Shown in pieces: positions 8,449-17,301 of a stretch of 64,000 nt of DNA. Source of the stretch: a virus. Positions within the stretch are counted from its first letter, which is position 1, and each line of letters begins with the position of its first letter. The stretch lies in the IMG/VR virus record IMGVR_UViG_3300027798_003516, positions 1 through 64,000 of that record; one strand, 5' to 3'. The notes under the pieces are model-generated. The model had not been told where the DNA came from, did not search any database, and saw only the letters and a program-made list of their open reading frames with translations. Made by a program: the position numbers and the translations under genes.

Positions 8449-8898
8449 ATGATAGAAAAAAACAACTTACATTTTAGTTTCGTTGAAATTAAAGTAGGAC
8501 TACCACCGCCAAGGCCAACCCATGCTCCACATATGGAAATTGATGCTACCTGGTGGAATTATATACAAACTGCATATTTTTTACCCGATAAGATAGTACA
8601 AATGAGAAACACCATGTCATCTGATTCCAATGTTCGGTCACTATTTTTTGAATTTAGTACACTGGCCGACCGAGAAGTATTTTTCACTGATGCACAAGTA
8701 CTAGCCGGATTTGATGCGCTGTCAGCATATGATAATGCAAACAAATTTAAATTACTGCAGATTGATGAAAACCGCTCATTTCCATTAACGTCTACTCTAG
8801 CAAGCTTTCCATTTACACAATGGATTGATAGCAATAATACCCTGCCCGTCGGCCTGCACGGCATCAGCGGAAGAATAGCACACTCTGCTACTGCTTAA
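8449..8898 (+). CDS. hypothetical protein, divergent member of paralogue family A
   Basis: AAGGA RBS before ATG 8449; YIQTAY...SSDSNVRSLFFEF...AYDNAN aligns by eye with 50278. Confidence 0.55.
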   Translation: MIEKNNLHFSFVEIKVGLPPPRPTHAPHMEIDATWWNYIQTAYFLPDKIVQMRNTMSSDSNVRSLFFEFSTLADREVFFTDAQVLAGFDALSAYDNANKFKLLQIDENRSFPLTSTLASFPFTQWIDSNNTLPVGLHGISGRIAHSATA

Positions 8899-8931
8899 TA
8901 ATCTATTAGGTTAACGAAAAGAAATAGCGGC

Positions 8932-9942
8932 TTAGGCCGCTATTTTGTTGGCAAATATACCACTGGCCAAGTTCTTACCCTTGCTTTCACATTGGATATC
9001 AAAGTCATCAGCAAATGTAGCGGCCCAGTCATTCACGGCTGTATTCCAATAGAAGTCACTGTGTGCTCTAAGCTTTTGTTTCTTATAACCCTGTGCCAAT
9101 AAACTGGTCATGTCTGGCATAGTGTCTGCATCATGCCCAACCAAATAATCTTCTCTACTGACACTATAATGCATGGCAGGCCGCACACCACGCCAGCTAT
9201 CAATCACACGCCGAACTCTATCGTCAGCGGGCTGAATGTATTCTCCTGTACGGATCCAGTGATGGTGTATGTCCAGCACCAGGGCACAATGCTTGGCAAG
9301 TTCGAGACTGGAGTCAATGCCCCAGGCGTTTTCATCGTTTTCAATGGTGATACAGTTGCGGGCTTCTGGTGACAATCGTTCAAGGGCTGAAACAATGCCG
9401 GCAGGTCCTTGCTTGCCTGAGATGTGTACATTGATCTTAAAGTCCTGGAACGACTTGCCGTAGCCCATCCATCTAGCCATGTCCGCATGATATTCAAACT
9501 CCTCTATGCTTCGATCAACAATGCCAGGATTCTCGCTGGCCAGCACACAGAACTGTCCAGGGTGAAAACTCAAACGCACATCCAGACGTCTGGCAGTTTC
9601 ACCAATGGGCGCAAATATCTTTGCACAATGGTCTTGAATCTCCGGTTGTTGCCACCAGTTGATCCAATCTTTCTGGGTATAACCCTGTAGCATTTCACTG
9701 CCAAGTCGAACCATTCTGCGATTGGCTGGCAATGTGGCCACACGCTCGATTAACCGTACAGCGGCTGTGGCATTGTGATTCATAATATCCCACTGACGCT
9801 GTTCAGCTTCGGCAGGATGTTCACGCAACCAACGCATGGTGGTTGATCGGCCGTTCAGGTCACGATCCACAGCACTGACTTTCATGCCAGCCACTTCACT
9901 GGGATCGTTGATCCATTTGCAACAAAAACCTACACGACCCAT
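8932..9942 (-). CDS. uvsE: UV damage endonuclease
   Basis: RLSFHPGQF, INVH, IENDE, LDIHHH, HYS, AHSD, ESKGKN motifs. Confidence 0.9.
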   Translation of the reverse strand: MGRVGFCCKWINDPSEVAGMKVSAVDRDLNGRSTTMRWLREHPAEAEQRQWDIMNHNATAAVRLIERVATLPANRRMVRLGSEMLQGYTQKDWINWWQQPEIQDHCAKIFAPIGETARRLDVRLSFHPGQFCVLASENPGIVDRSIEEFEYHADMARWMGYGKSFQDFKINVHISGKQGPAGIVSALERLSPEARNCITIENDENAWGIDSSLELAKHCALVLDIHHHWIRTGEYIQPADDRVRRVIDSWRGVRPAMHYSVSREDYLVGHDADTMPDMTSLLAQGYKKQKLRAHSDFYWNTAVNDWAATFADDFDIQCESKGKNLASGIFANKIAA

Positions 9943-9950
9943 AATAACTC

Positions 9951-10142
9951 CTACCAATGATGTATGACGTTAGCACAAATGAACAAACAAGTGATTACAT
10001 GTATTATAACCCAAAATGTCTTCAAAGTCAAGGCAATTCTAGCTTCTTGCTTGGTAAGAATAGGTACATCGGGCCGGTCGTCATCTGTTTGGCCCATCAA
10101 ATGACCAGTAGCTCTGGCCCATACTTTTTCTAAACTGTTCAT
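9951..10142 (-). CDS. small membrane protein
   Basis: MNSLEKVWARATG... with C-terminal hydrophobic helix. Confidence 0.6.
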   Translation of the reverse strand: MNSLEKVWARATGHLMGQTDDDRPDVPILTKQEARIALTLKTFWVIIHVITCLFICANVIHHW

Positions 10143-10150
10143 ATTAATAG

Positions 10151-10366
10151 TGCCACGAAGCAGGGACGAAATGAAAATAGTCAAACAGCAAAGATCAAAT
10201 AGCTAATATCAAACATGGGTCTTTTGCTTAGGCATCACATCAAACATCAAAGTGGTTTTTGATGCCTAAGCAAGACAATTTGGAATTAGTTTTTCAGACT
10301 AAGCCAGTAGGTTTTCATCAATTAAGATGAAGTATTTTCATCTCCTACCCTGGACCAAGTGTGGCA
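10151..10366 (-). ncRNA. candidate ~215-nt structured RNA with UUUGA repeats
   Basis: Three-part basal helix joining both ends, perfect 14-bp internal stem, five TCAAA (UUUGA) copies. Confidence 0.6.
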
Positions 10367-10369
10367 GTC

Positions 10370-10945
10370 TTAGTCTAGACCGAGGTCAGTCAGCACAAGT
10401 GCTACCTGTTCGGCTACTTCAAACTCTGTGCGGACATTGATGGTGACCATCTCGTCCTTGATCTTGCGTCGACGCTTTTGAATGCGAGCCAGTTCTGCTT
10501 TGGCTTCTGCCACAGTCTCAGGCAGAGCCACATGCACTTCAATGTTGTAGTCACGACCGTATATGCTTCGCTCGTTGCCAGTGTTGGCACTACGAGCTTG
10601 AATTTCTTTTTCAAGTGCAGACAGATCAGGACGAACTTCAAGTTCAGTAATCTGACGCACACGACTTTCGGCACTGGCCAAGAATGCATCTTCTGCTAGG
10701 TAATCGGTGATGCCAACTTCGGCATTTTTCTTTGCCACAGTTGCACGAAGGTAACGGTTTGCATCCAGCAAGCGGCCAACTCGTTGGTTATTTGCAATTA
10801 CTTTTTCTAACTGTGCATTCAATAGATTGGCCACATTGTCAGCAAACAAGCTCACACTGACAGTTGTTTTTTCATTGCCCAGACGCTTGATTTCGTCAAT
10901 GATTGTTTGCTGGACCACACTGGCCTTGCGTAAATTAATTTTCAT
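10370..10945 (-). CDS. coiled-coil protein, DIP1984/DUF6847-like architecture
   Basis: Helical heptads; C-terminal LARIQKRRRKIKDEMVTINVRTEF recalls the DIP1984 C-terminus (by eye). Confidence 0.55.
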   Translation of the reverse strand: MKINLRKASVVQQTIIDEIKRLGNEKTTVSVSLFADNVANLLNAQLEKVIANNQRVGRLLDANRYLRATVAKKNAEVGITDYLAEDAFLASAESRVRQITELEVRPDLSALEKEIQARSANTGNERSIYGRDYNIEVHVALPETVAEAKAELARIQKRRRKIKDEMVTINVRTEFEVAEQVALVLTDLGLD

Positions 10946-10979
10946 ATTGTTCCTCAGAAGTTTAAATGTCTATACAGCT

Positions 10980-11007
10980 ATTATAGCAGTTTAAATTAGA
11001 ATGTCAA
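10980..11007 (-). promoter_or_regulatory. sigma70-type promoter
   Basis: TTGACA-16-TATAAT. Confidence 0.75.
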
Positions 11008-11449
11008 GTCTTTCTGTTGATTTTGGTAAAATAAATTCACCTTGGCTGGCCAGGATCAACATGCCATCAGGATCATTGGCATGAATCTCTCCATGTAAAA
11101 TAATAGTGTCATTTTGTTCAACCAGTTGTACCCGACCAAACAACCATCTTCCGATCCTGGCGGGCCGAATAAATTTATTTGACATTTGTGTAGTAACTGC
11201 CTGCTTGCCACCAGTTAGGTCCCAAATATGGGCCGCCATGCAATAGTCCATGTATGTCATCAATGCACCACCATGTGTGAGGTTTAATGCGTTTTTATGC
11301 AAGCTCAGCGTGTACCATGCAAAATTGCTTTCAACATGATCAATGCTGAATTTAAACCAAGTCTGCATGGTGTTGGCAACAAAATCTTCCCACACATGAC
11401 TTCTTAAATTGTAACCCAGTAGTCTCAACGCCGCTGGCGAATATTTCAT
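10991..11449 (-). CDS. PaaI-family hotdog thioesterase
   Basis: N..LTHGGALMTYMD and FIRPA motifs. Confidence 0.8.
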   Translation of the reverse strand: MKYSPAALRLLGYNLRSHVWEDFVANTMQTWFKFSIDHVESNFAWYTLSLHKNALNLTHGGALMTYMDYCMAAHIWDLTGGKQAVTTQMSNKFIRPARIGRWLFGRVQLVEQNDTIILHGEIHANDPDGMLILASQGEFILPKSTERLDILI

Positions 11450-11727
11450 TGCGACTCAATGTCCCATTTGACACGGTCAGGTAACATTTGATCAATTTCA
11501 AACTGCACAATTTCAAAAGCACTTGGACCGTTTTCACAATTCTCTATGGCTGTGCCCAATTCAAACAGATAGCAAATTTGTCTATTGTCGTCTGGGTATT
11601 CGTGAACATCATCACTGGCAACAATGTCACCCACTTCGTCTTCAATGATATCTGTCAGCTCTTCAAATTCTTTGTCAGTCAGTTCTCTGGATACACTAAC
11701 TTTAATGTAATGTTTCATGTTTTCCAT
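11446..11727 (-). CDS. acidic hypothetical protein
   Basis: ORF with ATGA overlap to next gene. Confidence 0.6.
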   Translation of the reverse strand: MENMKHYIKVSVSRELTDKEFEELTDIIEDEVGDIVASDDVHEYPDDNRQICYLFELGTAIENCENGPSAFEIVQFEIDQMLPDRVKWDIESQ

Positions 11728-11761
11728 AATATTACTTTACCATGAAATAGATTTGTAAGTG

Positions 11762-11787
11762 TCATGCGTCTATTTATAGACGCATGA
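11762..11787 (-). promoter_or_regulatory. hairpin centred on a TATAAATA late promoter
   Basis: TCATGCGTC-TATAAATA-GACGCATGA. Confidence 0.6.
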
Positions 11788-11788
11788 G

Positions 11789-13300
11789 TTAGCTGGTGAT
11801 GCCGCCTCGATTGGGACTGGTAAACGGAGTTTGCAATATCCTATTGGCGCCACCTTGCAAGTATGTGGTACTGGTGTAGGCAGTGCTACTACCTTCTACC
11901 AGGGCGTTCTTAACAGAATGGTCAATCAAGAACTGTTTGGCTTCGGCAGGAGTCATTGCGGGTCGAGCTTGTAGCACTGTTGCAAGTACGCCTGTCACTT
12001 GTGGGCATGCCATGCTGGTGCCTGAAATTTTACCCAATCTGTGTGCTGTATTTCGAGGATCAGCCACAGTTGGAGAGTAGTTCGAACTCAGCGCACTCAT
12101 AATACTGGTGCCAGCGGAATACACATCCACACGCGGTCCAGTTTCACTGAAGTATACTTTTTGTTCTACAATTGAGTTGTCAATAGCACCCACATTGATA
12201 AAACCATCAGCACGAGTTGGACTACTGCCTCTGTGATAGTATGTTGTCTCGCCATAACCAATGTAATAATTATCATAGTCAAGTCCACCAGGCACATCAA
12301 TTTTATGCAGATAGTTGCCAGCGGCACCAACTAGTATAACACCTGCATTGGAACAGCTTGTTGCACTGACATCAAGATAATTTACAACATACGGATGAAG
12401 GTAATTGACCTGGCCACGGGCAGAATTTGCACTGGATCCAGGGTAAGATACGCCGCGGTATACTGTTGAAGTCATACCACTGTATGTTGATCGATAGCCC
12501 CACGAGTTTGTGCAAATTGTAGGACGCATGTTGCCAGCCGCCCGTTTTGTCAAGTGGAATTGTTTGACAATGTCAAATGCAATGTCACTGTTGATTGCAC
12601 CCAGGTAACCTCCGCCCATGATGTTATTACCGTCAAAAATTCTCAAACTATAAATTGCGGCACCCGGGGCCCAACCATGTGTGTTGCCAGCCGCAATGCC
12701 GGTACAGTGACTTCCGTGTCCGTCGGCATCGCCTAAGTAACCACCTATGCTGGCAGCACTGGCTGTTCCCGGAACACCTAAACTGGCCCAATTAAAATCA
12801 ACAACTCGACTTCCGCCGGTGCCATCTGGGTTGACTGCAAATTCAGGATGACCTGCATTGACACCGCTGTCCATGACAATGATGTCGACACCTGTGCCAT
12901 CCAAGTTATATGCGAAATCAGCACTTACTGAGGTGGAGGAGGCAAATGGATTTGCTGGTCTACTGGATCGAAGTAACCCCCAGTTTTTCATTGTGGCAGT
13001 GGTTGTGCCACTTTTGTCATATGTTGCTGTTGGTCTGGTACCAAAGTGTTCTTTTTTTACTTCTGGGTGTAAGTCTGCTTGTAGTTCAACAAATGCTATT
13101 CTATCATCTTGTCTAATTTCTTCCGCTTCTTCATCTGTCAAGTTGAAGTGTGCCATAAATTCATTGAATGGTCGCTCGTTTAAAACTTCAATTGCTCGCT
13201 TGGGGATAAAGTTATCACCTAGGCCATTGATGGTCAATTCGTTCCAAAGACTTGTGTCCCATACTGCTGGGTCTTTTACTGTAATGATATATTCACGCAT
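11789..13300 (-). CDS. S8 subtilisin-like serine protease
   Basis: Catalytic triad VMDSG, GHGSH, GTSMACP; oxyanion AAGN. Confidence 0.9.
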   Translation of the reverse strand: MREYIITVKDPAVWDTSLWNELTINGLGDNFIPKRAIEVLNERPFNEFMAHFNLTDEEAEEIRQDDRIAFVELQADLHPEVKKEHFGTRPTATYDKSGTTTATMKNWGLLRSSRPANPFASSTSVSADFAYNLDGTGVDIIVMDSGVNAGHPEFAVNPDGTGGSRVVDFNWASLGVPGTASAASIGGYLGDADGHGSHCTGIAAGNTHGWAPGAAIYSLRIFDGNNIMGGGYLGAINSDIAFDIVKQFHLTKRAAGNMRPTICTNSWGYRSTYSGMTSTVYRGVSYPGSSANSARGQVNYLHPYVVNYLDVSATSCSNAGVILVGAAGNYLHKIDVPGGLDYDNYYIGYGETTYYHRGSSPTRADGFINVGAIDNSIVEQKVYFSETGPRVDVYSAGTSIMSALSSNYSPTVADPRNTAHRLGKISGTSMACPQVTGVLATVLQARPAMTPAEAKQFLIDHSVKNALVEGSSTAYTSTTYLQGGANRILQTPFTSPNRGGITS

Positions 13301-13316
13301 TTGTTATTCCTTGTTC

Positions 13317-14906
13317 TTAAAGTTTAGTATAGCCCCAGTTAACCACTTGGTCAGAGCCACTGTTATTAGTAATGCCAAAGGTAAACACATTGGCAGTTGT
13401 GGTGGCAACCACAGCGGTGCTAATACCATTGGCAGTTCCAACAACTTGATCGGGTATTGCGGTGAGCACTAGAGCATTGCCGTCTACATAATACCAACCA
13501 TAACTACTGCCTAGTACCGGCACATTAGTGTTAGTCACAACTACTGTAGCGGTATATGAAACAATACCATTGGGAATATTACCGTTGACCCATATAGAGT
13601 AAGTACCGTTTATTGGTACTGTGAGACTTACTGTGTTAGCGCCTGCGGCCAGTGTCCAAGACCCTGTAGTTTTTTCTACAATAGTTGGTTTATTGGTTAA
13701 GTCGTTGTAACTACCACTAGTTGCTACAGTGGCCAATTCATTGCCATTGAATGTTATATTACCTGACGCTACAAACGCTAAATCATTTCCACTGGTAAAC
13801 GATACAGGACCAGCACCTGTAAATGTGATATTTTCTACATTTAAGTCTGTGGCTGTTACACTTGTAAATGTTGGAGCAGTTGGCTTGTTGGTCAGATCAT
13901 TGTATGATCCACTGAACAGCGTAGGCTTGTTAGTTAAGTCGGCGTAACTGCCACTGAATAGGTCTAGAGCGACAAACAGTACACTGGCACCAGTACTGTC
14001 AACAATGTCTCCACCTGCTGGCAATGCTAGCCTACCATCTGTGCCAAATGTCCAAGTTGCTGGTGCGCCCGATTCATACGCACTTAATTGTATATTCTTA
14101 TTGGCATCAAATCTTAATGCACCACCGTCATCGTAAATGTTACTGCCACTTGACAATGATACGGTACCATCGGCACCAAGCACCACTTGGTATTCGCCAT
14201 TTACTAATCTGTTAGGTGGTGGAGGTGCTTTCCAACTCAGATCAGTGCCATTGTAATAAAGATATCCAGGAATGTTTTCAGGCGTACTAACTTCTGGGAC
14301 ACCTAAATCAAAAATGCTGGTTGGAATCAGCGGAACAACAACATCAAGCACTCGCTGTTCTGTAGTTTTACCATTGATGAAGATTTCACCAGCGGCATTT
14401 AATTGCAAGTCGTTGCCACTGTTGATATCTACAATACCTGTACCAGTGAATACAATATCTTTGACATTCAATAGTTCAGTGGTGATCTGCGGTGCCAGTA
14501 AATCCAGTACACGCTGTGGTGTATAATATAAGTTGCTACCTTCTACCAAGTGGTATGTGTTCTTTCCAGCAAATGCATTATCAAAATATTCCTGGAATTC
14601 AGACTCTTGAACAGAGTTGTTAATTGCACTTTGTAGTTCGTTGTAGAACTCTGGGTTGTTGTTCATTGCATCTGCCAACTCTCTAAGAGTATCCAGCATC
14701 TGTGGTGCACCATCAATCAAATTGGCAATGGCCGTTGCAATAGATGTATCAACATACACCACATCTGCCAAGTTTGCAATTGACTTAACGCTGAAGGCAA
14801 CTTCGTTGCCAGTAATTTTAGATGTTACGCCATCCTGGACAGTTGCAAGAAAGTCTGCATTCTGAAGTGTGGTTACTAAACCTAATTCTGAGATTCTGAT
14901 TTCCAT
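13317..14906 (-). CDS. tail fibre/virion protein
   Basis: GAP..LDTLRELA module and SGSYxDLTNKPT repeats. Confidence 0.75.
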   Translation of the reverse strand: MEIRISELGLVTTLQNADFLATVQDGVTSKITGNEVAFSVKSIANLADVVYVDTSIATAIANLIDGAPQMLDTLRELADAMNNNPEFYNELQSAINNSVQESEFQEYFDNAFAGKNTYHLVEGSNLYYTPQRVLDLLAPQITTELLNVKDIVFTGTGIVDINSGNDLQLNAAGEIFINGKTTEQRVLDVVVPLIPTSIFDLGVPEVSTPENIPGYLYYNGTDLSWKAPPPPNRLVNGEYQVVLGADGTVSLSSGSNIYDDGGALRFDANKNIQLSAYESGAPATWTFGTDGRLALPAGGDIVDSTGASVLFVALDLFSGSYADLTNKPTLFSGSYNDLTNKPTAPTFTSVTATDLNVENITFTGAGPVSFTSGNDLAFVASGNITFNGNELATVATSGSYNDLTNKPTIVEKTTGSWTLAAGANTVSLTVPINGTYSIWVNGNIPNGIVSYTATVVVTNTNVPVLGSSYGWYYVDGNALVLTAIPDQVVGTANGISTAVVATTTANVFTFGITNNSGSDQVVNWGYTKL

Positions 14907-14907
14907 T

Positions 14908-15312
14908 TTATCCTGCCCTTAATAACGAAATGTAAATGTTGTAAGTCAAAGGAACCAGTCCTTTGGCACATGTTATATTTAAGACATTTCCGGCTATTAC
15001 TAATTCTACATCTGCTTCAGCTGTTTCTTGAAATATATCTTCTACTTTGTAAACTGTGCCGCCTGGTGAAACAGTTCCTCTGATTTGTTTAGTGGCAATA
15101 TTTCCAGCTGAGTCAGTTGCAAGCATTCTCAGATCAAAAAATTCAACTCCAGTCAGCTCAATGGTATCTTCAAATCTATCACCGGCCACAATTGGATTTA
15201 CGCCATTGCTTTCGGCAAATAGCACATAGCTTCTTAAATTTGTGCCAAAACCAACACCAAGATTAAATTCACTTGATGTAGTTCCATGTGCGTTATTGAA
15301 TTTCTTAGACAT
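14908..15312 (-). CDS. putative virion structural protein
   Basis: Beta-rich; inside fibre operon. Confidence 0.55.
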   Translation of the reverse strand: MSKKFNNAHGTTSSEFNLGVGFGTNLRSYVLFAESNGVNPIVAGDRFEDTIELTGVEFFDLRMLATDSAGNIATKQIRGTVSPGGTVYKVEDIFQETAEADVELVIAGNVLNITCAKGLVPLTYNIYISLLRAG

Positions 15313-17290
15313 AGGTCACCTCAACCTTAAATGTTCCTGTGGCAGTATTGCTTGGAATAGCTACCACTACATTGGCCCTGGCCGATGTAACTAATTCTGA
15401 TTCAACTGTGTATGTTCCAACACCAGTGGCACCATTATGGATATATCGCCAAACACTTGCGCCATCAACAGTGATGTCAAACGCTGGTGCATCAACCAAT
15501 GCGGTTGTAACTGATACACTGACATTTAGTATTCTTCTACCTTGGGTAATTGTACCAATGTTTGTAGTTGCACCAGGTAAAGTGATTTGTTGACTGATTG
15601 TTCTTGCATCAGTTTCTTTACTGCGCTGGTTTGTCACTTCTTGCCATACATTACCATCCCAGAGATACAATGCCCATTCACCGTGGCCTGCATCTATTAC
15701 CCAGGCTTGATCACCAGGTAAAGTGCTCAATGCATCTCTGGCCGCAATTGTAGGAACTGTAGTGGTTGAGTTGGCTCGTAGGCCCTGCTCAACATTTAAA
15801 CCAATTGCATAGCGACCTGTTTGTCCACTCATTACACCTGCGGTACTAAAAAATTGTCCTTGACTATCTACCAAGGTCATTGGACCACCATCATCTCGGT
15901 ACAAACGCAATGCGCTGGTTGTTGTATTTGCAGGAGTTGTTTCTGGCAATGCACTCACACCATTCGCCCCGGCAAAAGGATTGCCGTTCGCATCGTTTGC
16001 AATGTTGACAATGGTAATTGCTCCACCTGCTGTTTCTGTTATAACAATATTTCCGTTTGCATCAATGCCAGTTGAAATATCTGGAATTCTTGCTGTGTTG
16101 ATGTCCTGTATCATGTCAACACCAATTGCAATGCCCGGACCGTATTGTACAGATCCAGAAGCTGTTGTTGTAAAGTTCACGGTGATGCCGTTGATACTGG
16201 CACTAAAAGGAACATAACCAGCAATCAATCCATACGGTGTTGGATATGTGACTGTGTCACTTACAATTTGATTTGATGCACCCACTTTAATTGCTGTGAT
16301 ATTTGTATCCACAGTGGCCACATTGATCAGCGCAATGGCTTCATCTAGATTGTATGTTCCAGTGCCACTGCCTTGCAATGTCAACGGCACACGATTAATT
16401 AATACCACATCACCATCTGTTCCAGTTGGATCAATACCTGTGCCTGTTGTTATAGTTTGAATGGCGTTGGATAGTTTGATAAAAATAGGTTTATTACTGG
16501 CCGAGTCTGTGGTAAGAGCGCCTGAACCATCAGCGGCAGGATAGATAAAGTCGCCAATGATGCCAGGAAGACCTGGAGCAAAGTCAATGATACCGTTGCT
16601 GGGTCTTAGAATAAATTGATGTGGTCCAGGCCCTGGATATATCACTGTGCCAATGTACTTTTTAGCATTGTCTGCATTGGTGATTTCAAATGTGCCATTG
16701 ACAATGCTGATTGGCTGTCCAGTTTTCAACCCATGATTTTCTTTTGACAATGTGTAGTTGGTCAACGGATTCATGTATTGGAATCTACTTTGAACATCAC
16801 TAAAAAAGTTTACACTAGCCTGTCCAGGCAATGGATCCAGCATTGGCAATCCAAGCTCATTGATTTGGAAGAAAATTACAGCACCAGGACATCCAAACAG
16901 GCCAAAGCCAGTTGGGTCTCTGAATGTATTATAACGCAATCGGTCTTCTACAATTGCAGTTATAGTAGAATCTGTTTTTGCCAAGATGCTGATGATTTCA
17001 ACCACTTTGCCATCTTGGGTACCTGCAACAAAGTCACCGACTTCGATATCTTGTGCAGTGAATGTAAACGGGGTTCTAGTTAAGTTACTGCCTTGACTGG
17101 TTGCACCAACTGTAAAATCAACTTGCCATCGATAGGCTTGGGGATTAGAACCACCAGACCAATAAGGATCAGTTGGATCATTGGCATGAGGCCAAAGCGC
17201 CACTGGAACAAATGCGTCGGCTGTGGCCGCCATAACCTTGGGAGGTTTATTAATTCCAATGAAGCTGGTTTTCCATGCATTAATTGACAT
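15305..17290 (-). CDS. putative virion structural protein
   Basis: G/T-rich beta protein; start at MSINAW after AGGAG RBS. Confidence 0.65.
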   Translation of the reverse strand: MSINAWKTSFIGINKPPKVMAATADAFVPVALWPHANDPTDPYWSGGSNPQAYRWQVDFTVGATSQGSNLTRTPFTFTAQDIEVGDFVAGTQDGKVVEIISILAKTDSTITAIVEDRLRYNTFRDPTGFGLFGCPGAVIFFQINELGLPMLDPLPGQASVNFFSDVQSRFQYMNPLTNYTLSKENHGLKTGQPISIVNGTFEITNADNAKKYIGTVIYPGPGPHQFILRPSNGIIDFAPGLPGIIGDFIYPAADGSGALTTDSASNKPIFIKLSNAIQTITTGTGIDPTGTDGDVVLINRVPLTLQGSGTGTYNLDEAIALINVATVDTNITAIKVGASNQIVSDTVTYPTPYGLIAGYVPFSASINGITVNFTTTASGSVQYGPGIAIGVDMIQDINTARIPDISTGIDANGNIVITETAGGAITIVNIANDANGNPFAGANGVSALPETTPANTTTSALRLYRDDGGPMTLVDSQGQFFSTAGVMSGQTGRYAIGLNVEQGLRANSTTTVPTIAARDALSTLPGDQAWVIDAGHGEWALYLWDGNVWQEVTNQRSKETDARTISQQITLPGATTNIGTITQGRRILNVSVSVTTALVDAPAFDITVDGASVWRYIHNGATGVGTYTVESELVTSARANVVVAIPSNTATGTFKVEVTYV

Positions 17291-17301
17291 TGCTACTCCT
17301 A

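Noticed and set aside
10151-10366. CRISPR or TIGR-like array suggested by TGATG/TTTGA repeats
   Set aside because: Repeats are ~5 nt and irregularly spaced, with no repeat-spacer period; the adjacent protein shows no Cas or Nop-domain motif I can recognise.
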